A stretch of DNA of 64,000 bases from the NCBI GenBank assembly GCA_964540055.1, contig CAZILC010000004.1, forward strand, positions 13,745 through 77,744, given 5' to 3'. The stretch comes from an uncultured Gammaproteobacteria bacterium. Its GTDB lineage: Bacteria > Patescibacteriota > Microgenomatia > Levybacterales > UBA12049. A program made the translations under genes and the position numbers. Of the stretch, positions 39,738 through 48,043 are shown one piece after another (within the stretch, counting starts at the first letter, position 1; every line of letters starts with the position of its first letter). Below the pieces are notes generated by a model. That model was not told the origin of the DNA, did no database searches, and saw only the letters and a list, made by a program, of their open reading frames with translations.

Positions 39738-40764
39738 TTTTCTTTCTACTGTTCCATAGTTTGAGATACATTGTTGCCATATTATCCCAAGTTTGTTTTG
39801 TAACCCACTGATATGATTTTTCAATCAATTTATTTTCTTCTTGAGGATGTGTTAAAAAATATGAAATTTTTTCAGCAAGTTTTTGAGTAGAATTTTCTAT
39901 GATAATCCATTCCGCATAAGGTGCCAATTTCAAATAATCTTCTTTCACGGGATTATCATATACTGCAAAGACTAATCGTTTTGCCGCAAATGCTTCAAGA
40001 ATCGAAAGATAGCGTGAAACAAAAGCGAAATGATATTGGGGGAAATATCTTTCAGGATTTTCTATGAAACCGGACAGTTTAAAATTTTTTCCTAACTTCT
40101 TTCTATCAGGTCCATCGCCAATAATAGTAAATACAAATTTTGGAAATTTTTTCCTAACTAATTCAATCGCTTTGGAGTATGTTAAAACCCCTGTTTGTTC
40201 ATCCAAACGTCCCATGAATACAGCAGATTCTTTCTTCATTTTTATTTCTCTAGAATTTTTTTTCGGAATGTCTACTGCACCATATGAAACAACTGTAGGT
40301 TTTGTCCCGTACCATTTCGGAATAAAATCGCCAATACAAATGTTCCCCCATGATAACTTCTCTGAAATTTTTCTCGTCCAAATAGCACCTTTTCTAATCG
40401 GATAAGTTTCATACCCATGGAATGTAGTATATACAGGATTTTGGAGATAGAGAAAACGAAAAGGCAAATACCAAAAAAAGACATCATGACAATGAACGAC
40501 ATCAGCTTCTTGTAAAAGAGAACGAAATCGCCACATTTCTTTCCAAATGGTGATTTTTCGCTTACCCGATTTATCATTAACAGCAATTCGATTAACAATT
40601 ATTCGATTAACTATTTCTGTTTTAGGCAATGACTTATCAAACTGTTCTGTTATTACAGTAACCTGATGCCCTTTTTCTATTAATCTCTTTGAAATCTCCA
40701 TAACGTGCTTTTCTACTCCACCAATGTGAGGATAAAAAAGTCGAGAAAGAAAAAGTATTTTCAT
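39727..40764 (-). CDS. GT4-family glycosyltransferase
   Basis: The N-terminus is MKILFLSRLFYPHIGGVEKHV. It has an ATGA overlap with the upstream membrane protein gene. Confidence 0.6.
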   Translation of the reverse strand: MKILFLSRLFYPHIGGVEKHVMEISKRLIEKGHQVTVITEQFDKSLPKTEIVNRIIVNRIAVNDKSGKRKITIWKEMWRFRSLLQEADVVHCHDVFFWYLPFRFLYLQNPVYTTFHGYETYPIRKGAIWTRKISEKLSWGNICIGDFIPKWYGTKPTVVSYGAVDIPKKNSREIKMKKESAVFMGRLDEQTGVLTYSKAIELVRKKFPKFVFTIIGDGPDRKKLGKNFKLSGFIENPERYFPQYHFAFVSRYLSILEAFAAKRLVFAVYDNPVKEDYLKLAPYAEWIIIENSTQKLAEKISYFLTHPQEENKLIEKSYQWVTKQTWDNMATMYLKLWNSRKKITF

Positions 40765-42581
40765 AGATTCAAAATTTTTTTGTTAGAAATTTTTTTGGAT
40801 ATTTTAATATAAATGCAACTTAAAACTAATATTATTAAAGAGACTAAACTGATACATTTGCCTAAAAAAGTAAATATAGTATCAGTAAATATCACTTTAA
40901 CATCATATAACCCCTTAGGCAGAATAAAAATAATTTTGCCAATATCTTTTTGATTTTTATAATTTATAGTTATCTCTTTATTATTAGCAATTACCCTCCA
41001 TCCAGGAAAATAAAATGTATTCTCCTTTATTACAGAGTCTTTATTGACCATTATAATATATTCATGGAGCTGAGGAGTTCGAATAATTTGTTTATATGAC
41101 AAGTTGCCGGAAATCAATTCAATAGGACTTTTTCTCCTATACTTTAAAGAAGCTAAATCTTTAATTTGACTTCTTTGTCGATATAACTTTTCATAAAAAG
41201 GATCTCCACTAATCATATATTCAGTATACTCATCACTATGAATAAAATAATCGTTCGGATTGTAAGATACCATTTTTCTACTACCCCAATTAAGCATTGT
41301 TATAACAACTGTCAAAAAACAAATTACAATAATAATTTTTAATTCTTTGATTTTACTTATTATGATTCCGGCTATAAAAGCAGTAATAAATCCTATCACT
41401 ACAAGAAGTCTCCATACCATAAGGAAGAAATTTAAAAAAGTAAAATAGTCCCAAAAAAATTTTGCATAAGTCTGCATCAGAAAAAAATAGAAAACAAAGG
41501 CTATAAGAAGATATACAAGAAGCAATTTTATATAACTATTAAATAGATTTCTTTTTCTGAATAGAAGGAATATAGTAATGATAACTATCAAAAGCTGTGA
41601 ATAACCTACAATGAGTCGGTATTCAGCATTATTGCCTTGAAAGAGAAACCCATACCTCGAAGGTGAATACAAATAATTTTGTAAAGGTTCAATATAATCC
41701 GTTGGGCCATTATGAGCTGTCCATGTGTATTTTGCTTCAAAAAAAGCAGGCAACCAATAATATGCCGAGAGCATAATGCCTGTTAAATATGAAAGTGCAA
41801 GTATAAATATTCGTCTAATAGAAAAATTTTTATACGTTTTTTTTAATATTATTAAATCGTATCCAATAAGAAGCGGTATCGTGGAAAATGTTGTAACTGA
41901 ATGCGAATATAAAAGAAAAATTATTGATGCAGTTACGAATAAAAAGTTTCGGATATTTTGCTGTAGTATCAGTCTTCTGCTAAAAAGAAACACTAAAGGA
42001 ATAAAAACATATGAAAGTACTTCTCCTACTGATGCACGAAAATAGAGATCTATTAAGTGATATGGAGAAAACAAATAAAAAATTGCTGCTATCACTCCAG
42101 CCCTTTCATTTAATTCTTCTTTTATAAACAAATACATAAAAATTCCCGAAAAAATGAAAGAGAATGCTAATACAAGCTTTATACTATTTAAAAATGAAAA
42201 TCCTATCAAATGAAACACGGATCCAAAATAATAGGAAAGAATGTATGAAAAAATAAATACTGGGCACCCGTTACCAGCACAAAAATCAGCTGCCCAACGA
42301 GGAACAAATATACCAAAAGATAAATTCTGATAAAAAGCCCGTAGATATTCTGTATGATTAGATAAATCTCCACCTTGAAAGGTTCCAGTTTTAAAAATGT
42401 TAAGAATTGCTGGAATGGATAGTAAAAATAGCAATATCAAAGGATTGATATTTTTTTTAGGAAAGATAAAATGGTATGCCAGTAAAGCAAAAATTGTGAC
42501 TACGGATAAAAGGAAAGGTATAAAAATTACTGATTGCTGACCTAAAATAATTATTTGATAAAAATTCTCAAAAATCCTCAT
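40761..42581 (-). CDS. YfhO / 'PTPS-related'-type GT-C-like membrane protein, paralog 3 of 3
   Basis: 606 aa with QGGDLSNH, YLFSPYHLIDLYFRASVGEV and C-terminal ENTFYFPGW. Confidence 0.55.
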   Translation of the reverse strand: MRIFENFYQIIILGQQSVIFIPFLLSVVTIFALLAYHFIFPKKNINPLILLFLLSIPAILNIFKTGTFQGGDLSNHTEYLRAFYQNLSFGIFVPRWAADFCAGNGCPVFIFSYILSYYFGSVFHLIGFSFLNSIKLVLAFSFIFSGIFMYLFIKEELNERAGVIAAIFYLFSPYHLIDLYFRASVGEVLSYVFIPLVFLFSRRLILQQNIRNFLFVTASIIFLLYSHSVTTFSTIPLLIGYDLIILKKTYKNFSIRRIFILALSYLTGIMLSAYYWLPAFFEAKYTWTAHNGPTDYIEPLQNYLYSPSRYGFLFQGNNAEYRLIVGYSQLLIVIITIFLLFRKRNLFNSYIKLLLVYLLIAFVFYFFLMQTYAKFFWDYFTFLNFFLMVWRLLVVIGFITAFIAGIIISKIKELKIIIVICFLTVVITMLNWGSRKMVSYNPNDYFIHSDEYTEYMISGDPFYEKLYRQRSQIKDLASLKYRRKSPIELISGNLSYKQIIRTPQLHEYIIMVNKDSVIKENTFYFPGWRVIANNKEITINYKNQKDIGKIIFILPKGLYDVKVIFTDTIFTFLGKCISLVSLIILVLSCIYIKISKKISNKKILNL

Positions 42582-42712
42582 TTTAAATACTATTTTATAA
42601 GTTATTATATATCAGTTAATAAAAATTATATTGTCAATAAAAGATAATTGCAATATTTCATCTATTAAAATCCCTGTTCACATGAAATTTTTTTTAATTG
42701 TGCTCCTACCCA

Positions 42713-42741
42713 TTGTCCGGAAAAGCTCAGTATGGTAAGAT
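42713..42741 (+). promoter_or_regulatory. Sigma70-like promoter, TTGTCC-17 nt-TAAGAT
   Basis: It lies in the divergent spacer exactly where base composition switches, 15 nt upstream of the ATG at 42757. Confidence 0.35.
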
Positions 42742-42756
42742 AAAGAGATATTTTTC

Positions 42757-43998
42757 ATGAAAATCGCGTTCTTCACTGACACGTATTACCCGCAATTAAA
42801 TGGCGTCACCATCTCCGTTGATAATTTCGCAAAAGAACTTCGCAAAAGAGGACATACTGTTTATATCTATGCACCCAAAATAAAAAAAAGACGAAGCCAT
42901 AATGACGTAGACCTCACCAATCTCACCACCATAAAACTCCTCTCAACCGAATCCCCCATCTATATCCCCACTCCTTCAACCTACACAGAATACAAAAAAT
43001 TATTCCGACTCGATTTTGACATCGTCCATGCACATGGCAACGGCGCATTTTCTCTCCTCGGCTATCAAGTCGCACGAATGAAACGCGTCCCGTATATCCT
43101 CACCTTTCATACCCTTCTCACAAAATACACCCACTACTTCCTCAGGGGTAAAGTAATCAAACCAAGAATGGTCGAGACAGGTCTTCGGGTGTTTGCCAAT
43201 CTCTGTGACAGTGTCATTACTCCATCAGAAAAAATGAAAAAAGAACTGGTACGGTATGGCGTTAAAAAACCTATCAATGTCGTTCCCAATTTTATTGAAA
43301 AAGATGATTTCACCAAAGTCGAGAAAAATTATCTGCATAAAAAATTAAAACTCCCTGCGGATACACCAATACTTCTCAGTGTCGGACGCCTTGGGAAAGA
43401 AAAAAATTTTGAATTCGTTCTGGAGGTATTTAAAGAGCTAACGCTTACTGATAATAAAACTCATCTCGTAATTGTCGGACATGGAACCGACAGCAGAAAT
43501 CTCAAAAAACTTGCCGACAATTTTGGAATTGCCAAAAGAGTCCATTTTACTGGAAAAGTAAATAAAAAATATATGCCTTCAATTTATAAAGACGCCACAC
43601 TCTTTGTCTTCGCATCAGTCAGTGAAGTCCATCCTCTTGTGACACTTGAAGCATGCGCTGCGGGACTTCCCCTTATTGTTGCAAAAGACGCGGCATTTAC
43701 GAATGTAGTAATTGATAAAAAAAATGGATTTGCTTTGCCTCTTCAGAAAAAACAATTTGTTGAAAAAATTCAGTTATTGTTAAACGATGAGAAATTGCGA
43801 ACGGCAATGGGAAAATATTCAACTGAGTTGATTGAAAAGAATTTCCCGGCAGAAGTACTCACTGATAATCTGTTAAAAATCTATAACCAAGTGCTTGAAG
43901 AAAAACGCGAAACCAAACGCCTACAGCGTATCAACAACAGTGCCGTCAGAAGACTGGTACAAACCACAAAAATGCTTGACCGATTCTTTACAGGATAA
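42757..43998 (+). CDS. GT4-family glycosyltransferase
   Basis: Motifs are MKIAFFTDTYYPQLNGV and EACAAGLPLIVAKDAAFTNVVIDKKNG. GC is about 45% (27/60 hand-counted at its 5' end). Confidence 0.7.
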   Translation: MKIAFFTDTYYPQLNGVTISVDNFAKELRKRGHTVYIYAPKIKKRRSHNDVDLTNLTTIKLLSTESPIYIPTPSTYTEYKKLFRLDFDIVHAHGNGAFSLLGYQVARMKRVPYILTFHTLLTKYTHYFLRGKVIKPRMVETGLRVFANLCDSVITPSEKMKKELVRYGVKKPINVVPNFIEKDDFTKVEKNYLHKKLKLPADTPILLSVGRLGKEKNFEFVLEVFKELTLTDNKTHLVIVGHGTDSRNLKKLADNFGIAKRVHFTGKVNKKYMPSIYKDATLFVFASVSEVHPLVTLEACAAGLPLIVAKDAAFTNVVIDKKNGFALPLQKKQFVEKIQLLLNDEKLRTAMGKYSTELIEKNFPAEVLTDNLLKIYNQVLEEKRETKRLQRINNSAVRRLVQTTKMLDRFFTG

Positions 43999-44014
43999 AC
44001 CACAAAATCTCCGG

Positions 44015-44033
44015 ATCCTGGACAAGCCAGGAT
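44015..44033 (+). terminator. Hairpin ATCCTGG-acaag-CCAGGAT, a possible terminator overlapping the next promoter
   Basis: It has a 7-bp perfect stem and starts 17 nt after the stop at 43998. The downstream T-tract is weak. Confidence 0.3.
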
Positions 44034-44047
44034 GACAAATTTATAAT
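44019..44047 (+). promoter_or_regulatory. Sigma70-like promoter, TGGACA-17 nt-TATAAT
   Basis: The -10 ends 6 nt before the ATG at 44054, which gives a leaderless geometry. Confidence 0.4.
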
Positions 44048-44053
44048 AAAAGT

Positions 44054-45283
44054 ATGAAATTACTTTTTATCAGCGAAGTCTATACACCCTGGCAGGGTGG
44101 GGCTATCGTTGCGATTAGAAACTTGATGAGGCAACTCGGAGAAGATGGGCATGAAGTCTCTATCGTCACAGGTGAAAAAAGAAAGCGCTGGCGGCTTTGG
44201 GGAGTGCGAAAAGAATATGATCAAGAATGCAAAGCAACTGTGTATCGAATTCCGGCAGTTCCCTATCCGTTTAACACCATGGCGACGATGACAATTCCGG
44301 ACTATACAGGAATTAAAAAAATTATCCAAGATGTGAAGCCCGACTGCATGCATATTTTCTCGCCCATTGGCATTGCCGAAAAAATAGCCCTTAAATATGC
44401 AAAAAAATTCCATTTGCCAGTGATCGTCACCAATCACATCATGCCGGAAAATTTCACCTTTAATGTCAAACTCCCAAGGTCCATGGAAACACTTGCTGAC
44501 AAACTCATTTATGATGATTTGATAAATTTCTGCAATCAAGCAAAAGTGGTCACAGCACCCACGAAAACTGCAGTCGGATTGTTAAAAAAACACGGACTGA
44601 GGACAGCGAGTATGGCAATAACTAATGGTGTAGACGCAGATTATTTCCATCCCGGCAAACCTGATGCCCAGACGCTTAGTCGATTTAATCTGGATAAAAC
44701 GAATCAGTATATTATCTATGTTGGAAGACTAGATGGTGAAAAACGGGTTGATTTACTGATCAAGGCAATGCCACATATCCTCAATCGTAATCCACACGCT
44801 AAACTTCTTATTGCCGGAAAAGGACTACAAAAATCTATTTTGGAAGAATTAGTAGCAGCATTACAAATTAAAGACTCAGTTGCCTTACTTGGGAAAATAA
44901 CTGAAGATGAAAAACGTGCGCTTTTACAAATGTCAGATATTTTTGTCATTGCCTCACCATCTGAGCTGCAATGTATCTCGGCCCTTGAAGCACTTAGCTG
45001 TGGTATACCAGTTGTCGTTGCTGACCAAATGGCGCTACAGGAATTGACAGATGGAGAGAAAAACGGATTACAATTTAGCTATCCCAATGAAAAAAATCTC
45101 GCTGAGAAAGTGAATACCTTGCTGGAAGATCCCAAACTCAGAGGCGAAAATGGGAAAAATGGCCGAGCATGGATTGAACAAAATCACCGGTTGTCACACT
45201 CATTGAAACTATATGAAAAAGCATATCAGCAGGCAATCGAGGCAAATCAAAATCTCAACGTTTCTTTACATACGAGTGATTAA
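44054..45283 (+). CDS. GT4-family glycosyltransferase
   Basis: Motifs are MKLLFISEVYTPWQGGA and EALSCGIPVVVADQMALQELTDGEKNG. Confidence 0.7.
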   Translation: MKLLFISEVYTPWQGGAIVAIRNLMRQLGEDGHEVSIVTGEKRKRWRLWGVRKEYDQECKATVYRIPAVPYPFNTMATMTIPDYTGIKKIIQDVKPDCMHIFSPIGIAEKIALKYAKKFHLPVIVTNHIMPENFTFNVKLPRSMETLADKLIYDDLINFCNQAKVVTAPTKTAVGLLKKHGLRTASMAITNGVDADYFHPGKPDAQTLSRFNLDKTNQYIIYVGRLDGEKRVDLLIKAMPHILNRNPHAKLLIAGKGLQKSILEELVAALQIKDSVALLGKITEDEKRALLQMSDIFVIASPSELQCISALEALSCGIPVVVADQMALQELTDGEKNGLQFSYPNEKNLAEKVNTLLEDPKLRGENGKNGRAWIEQNHRLSHSLKLYEKAYQQAIEANQNLNVSLHTSD

Positions 45284-45980
45284 AATTGTAAGGAATTTTC
45301 CCGTGGGTTATTTTTATTTTCAACAGCAAAAAGAGTGAGACATACATATATTTTACAAACAATCTGATTCTCCCTTCCTGCTCATAACGCCGGATGGAAA
45401 CAATAATTTTTTTGTCTCGCAGAAAACGAAATTTCCCCAATTTACTTGCGCGCGCGACATAATCCTGATCTTCGGTAATGAAAATTTCTTCATCAAATCC
45501 GCCAATCGAATCATGAATGCTCTTTTTGATAAAGGTACAATACCCAACCCCATTTTTAAGAAAGCGTTCAGTCGCAGCAAAATAGGTATTAATCATTCCG
45601 ACACCAAACCTGTCAATTACATTTTTTGAAATCGTGCTGGCTAAACAACAGGCAACACCTAATTTTTTACGATTAAATTCATTGGTAGTCACTTCCAAAA
45701 AATCATCATCCGGTAATAATGAATCCGCATCCAGAAATAACAATAACGGCGAAGTCGCAAATTTCTCTCCTTTATTCCTCCCGATCCCCGGATGATTCCC
45801 CCCCTGAACGACTTTGCAACCATACTCCTTCGCAATCTCGCGCGTCCTGTCAGTTGAATCTGCATCAGCAACTATAATTTCAGCGGGTTGAACAGTCTGT
45901 GATTTGATCGACTGAAGCAATCTCGAAAGATATGGTTCTTCGTTTTTGGTCGGGATAATGATACTAAGGGGGATGCTCAT
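45255..45980 (-). CDS. Short GT2 glycosyltransferase
   Basis: 241 aa with LSIIIPTKNEE, IIVADADSTD and FLDADS (DxD). Confidence 0.65.
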   Translation of the reverse strand: MSIPLSIIIPTKNEEPYLSRLLQSIKSQTVQPAEIIVADADSTDRTREIAKEYGCKVVQGGNHPGIGRNKGEKFATSPLLLFLDADSLLPDDDFLEVTTNEFNRKKLGVACCLASTISKNVIDRFGVGMINTYFAATERFLKNGVGYCTFIKKSIHDSIGGFDEEIFITEDQDYVARASKLGKFRFLRDKKIIVSIRRYEQEGRIRLFVKYMYVSLFLLLKIKITHGKIPYNFNHSYVKKR

Positions 45981-46026
45981 AAAGTCTATTGTACTATATA
46001 AGTCAATAACAAGTACAACTCAACAA

Positions 46027-46056
46027 TTGCCAATACTATAAGCCATGTGATACAAT
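46027..46056 (+). promoter_or_regulatory. Sigma70-like promoter, TTGCCA-18 nt-TACAAT with a TG extension
   Basis: The -10 overlaps the GTG at 46047 offered by the ORF track, which argues for the ATG at 46068 as the true start. Confidence 0.4.
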
Positions 46057-46067
46057 CCTACTTTACT

Positions 46068-47288
46068 ATGTCTCATGAAAGAAGATCACCTTTGGTAAGA
46101 AGAATCAGAAGTACTCGAGATATTTCGGTTGGTACCGCTCTGGACACTCCAGCTAGCACTGAAATAAGGCGGGAAAATCACAAAAGAATGTTCCCGCATT
46201 TTATGCATGGTGAATCTTGGACACTAGGTGATGTAGCTCGGGATATCCCTGTTGTTCCAAATGTATATCCAGATGTCTATTTTAGAGGTGTTAATGGTGA
46301 AACTCGATTTGCCGTGTCAGATTTTACTGGCTCCGTTTCTCCCCACCTTCAAAATCTTATTGTTGAAGCAGCTGCACTTACTTTACATACTTATCGTGGA
46401 CCCAAGGAAGTAGAAATTTTTCTTGTTGAAAATATGATTGATATTTCAACAAGACGCAAAGTAAACGCCGCAGGCTCTCATACGCGCATAAATGGCCATT
46501 CGTTTATAACAGTCGCAACTGAAACAATGCGTCGATATACTGATGGGACACTACTGCCCTCATATGTTTTAGAAGAGAAAGCTGCGGGTGTGGGTGCACA
46601 TGAAGCATGGCATGCAATAATGAGAAACAATGGAGTAGCTTATACGCATGCTCCAAATAGAACTCAAGCAGAATATGAAGCACATCCCGAAGAGACACAA
46701 GCGAGGAGTGTTGCAAGAGATATTGTCCAGCAGATGAGAGTAAGTAATCAATTACATCATTTGGATATTCATCACGCACAAACAGGATTTCATGGCGTTA
46801 GTACTGAGCCGGTTTCAGCAGGACAGCGGGGAACAAAAGAAGTTTGGCTGCCCAGTGAAATGATGGATACCTGGTATCCGGGTCCTTTGCGAAGACTTGA
46901 GACAGGTGATGCAATTATGTATGAACATCTTGTTTTTCCACCCGATACGCACACCTTTCCTAGAATACGTCAAATGAATCATGGCACTATGCCGTTTCAA
47001 ATAGCTGAACTTGTGGATACACCTGAGCATGTGGTAGATACAGTTCTGCAATCAAGCGCACAAACTCTGCAGGATCACGGAATAATTCCCACAAGACCTA
47101 TGAGAATTATTTTTAGTGATGTTATTGCTGGAACTCCTCTTTCCAATCCCGCCCGATATCTCCCGCAAAGTGGCATTATCGCAGTCGGTCTAGATAATCT
47201 CGCACGAGAAAGTCAGCAATTACACGCTGCTTCGCAACTCGCCCGAGGAGTCACAGAAGAATTTTTAGCGAGTAGCTTCCGTCCATAA
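46068..47288 (+). CDS. Hypothetical protein with an HExxH motif (possible Zn-metallopeptidase-like fold)
   Basis: About 406 aa with no TM or signal peptide. It carries GVGAHEAWHAIM. The N- and C-terminal halves look weakly similar to each other by eye. Confidence 0.35.
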   Translation: MSHERRSPLVRRIRSTRDISVGTALDTPASTEIRRENHKRMFPHFMHGESWTLGDVARDIPVVPNVYPDVYFRGVNGETRFAVSDFTGSVSPHLQNLIVEAAALTLHTYRGPKEVEIFLVENMIDISTRRKVNAAGSHTRINGHSFITVATETMRRYTDGTLLPSYVLEEKAAGVGAHEAWHAIMRNNGVAYTHAPNRTQAEYEAHPEETQARSVARDIVQQMRVSNQLHHLDIHHAQTGFHGVSTEPVSAGQRGTKEVWLPSEMMDTWYPGPLRRLETGDAIMYEHLVFPPDTHTFPRIRQMNHGTMPFQIAELVDTPEHVVDTVLQSSAQTLQDHGIIPTRPMRIIFSDVIAGTPLSNPARYLPQSGIIAVGLDNLARESQQLHAASQLARGVTEEFLASSFRP

Positions 47289-47308
47289 ACTTATATTCTT
47301 AAATATCA

Positions 47309-47337
47309 TTGACCTAACAAAACGGATAAACTATCAT
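47309..47337 (+). promoter_or_regulatory. Sigma70-like promoter, TTGACC-17 nt-TATCAT
   Basis: It lies 11 nt upstream of the ATG at 47349. Confidence 0.4.
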
Positions 47338-47348
47338 ATAGCTATTAT

Positions 47349-47903
47349 ATGGGTGAAGCTGATCAACATCCAATACCAGAACCAAAAAGAGAAGAAAGAC
47401 CTATACTTCCCGTGAGCGAAAACGCTGCAAAAAAAGCACTTGGAGATATAAAGGAAAATCCTGACAGAGCATATAGCAGTGAATATGCAGAATTAGCAAA
47501 ATCGGAAGCGGTATTTCGTTTTCTTATTGGTGAGCCGAATGCCCCCCCTAAAGTAAATCCTGATTTTACAGAAGGCGCATTATGGGCACACAGAATATTA
47601 CGAGAATCAGCCATTGCTTCTGGCCAACCACTTCCTAACATTACTGAAGATGATATCCCAGCCCTTGCAAGAAATATGGATGATGAGGTAAGTGCTGCCA
47701 CTGATCTGGCTAACTATTATCCCAACAAATTACGTGAAATTGGAGAAAATGATAAAGCATTTGGTGATGCTATAAATACCTTAAAAGCATACCGGATGGA
47801 TTCAAAAACTCTCATTACTGGTGCTGTATCCGTCTACCTTGCATATGATTCGATAATTAAAACTCGAAATATGGATAAACAATTCGGAACAGGTCAACAG
47901 TAG
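47349..47903 (+). CDS. Hypothetical protein (soluble, helical-looking, no recognisable motif)
   Basis: A 184-aa ORF with its own promoter. Its codon composition resembles the core region. Confidence 0.4.
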   Translation: MGEADQHPIPEPKREERPILPVSENAAKKALGDIKENPDRAYSSEYAELAKSEAVFRFLIGEPNAPPKVNPDFTEGALWAHRILRESAIASGQPLPNITEDDIPALARNMDDEVSAATDLANYYPNKLREIGENDKAFGDAINTLKAYRMDSKTLITGAVSVYLAYDSIIKTRNMDKQFGTGQQ

Positions 47904-47911
47904 CCTTGAGT

Positions 47912-47983
47912 GGACCCGAGAGGATTTGAACCTCTGACCTATGCAATGTGAATGCAGCGCTCTACCGCTGAGCTACGAGTCCG
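47912..47983 (-). tRNA. tRNA-Val (anticodon CAC)
   Basis: The reverse complement folds by hand into a cloverleaf. The parts are acceptor GGACTCG/CGGGTCC, D arm GCTC-AGCGGTA-GAGC, anticodon arm CTGCA-TTCACAT-TGCAT (one C:U at 27:43), variable loop AGGTC and T arm AGAGG-TTCAAAT-CCTCT. The discriminator is A and no CCA is encoded. Confidence 0.85.
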
Positions 47984-48007
47984 TGCCCCTATCTTAACAA
48001 AATTCAA

Positions 48008-48037
48008 TTGACAAATAAATGCATAAATTGAGATAAT
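48008..48037 (+). promoter_or_regulatory. Sigma70-like promoter, TTGACA-18 nt-GATAAT with a TG extension
   Basis: The -10 ends 6 nt before the lepB ATG at 48044, giving a leaderless geometry. Confidence 0.45.
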
Positions 48038-48043
48038 ACGTAG

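Noticed and set aside
44060-44539. Long antisense ORFs inside well-supported genes: 44060-44539 (159 aa), 47363-47701, 48086-48436, 60696-61151, 13192-13548 and 24255-24596.
   Set aside because: Each lies wholly within a gene on the other strand that has clear family motifs. Their sequences are low-complexity or motif-free. They are treated as frame shadows.
47912-47983. tRNA-Val as the integration site (attB) of the AT-rich island.
   Set aside because: The compositional boundary is ~5 kb away at 42.6-42.75 kb, with ~45% GC glycosyltransferase genes in between. I saw no integrase and no partial tRNA direct repeat in the window. Only the two small orphan genes next to the tRNA remain as possible cargo.
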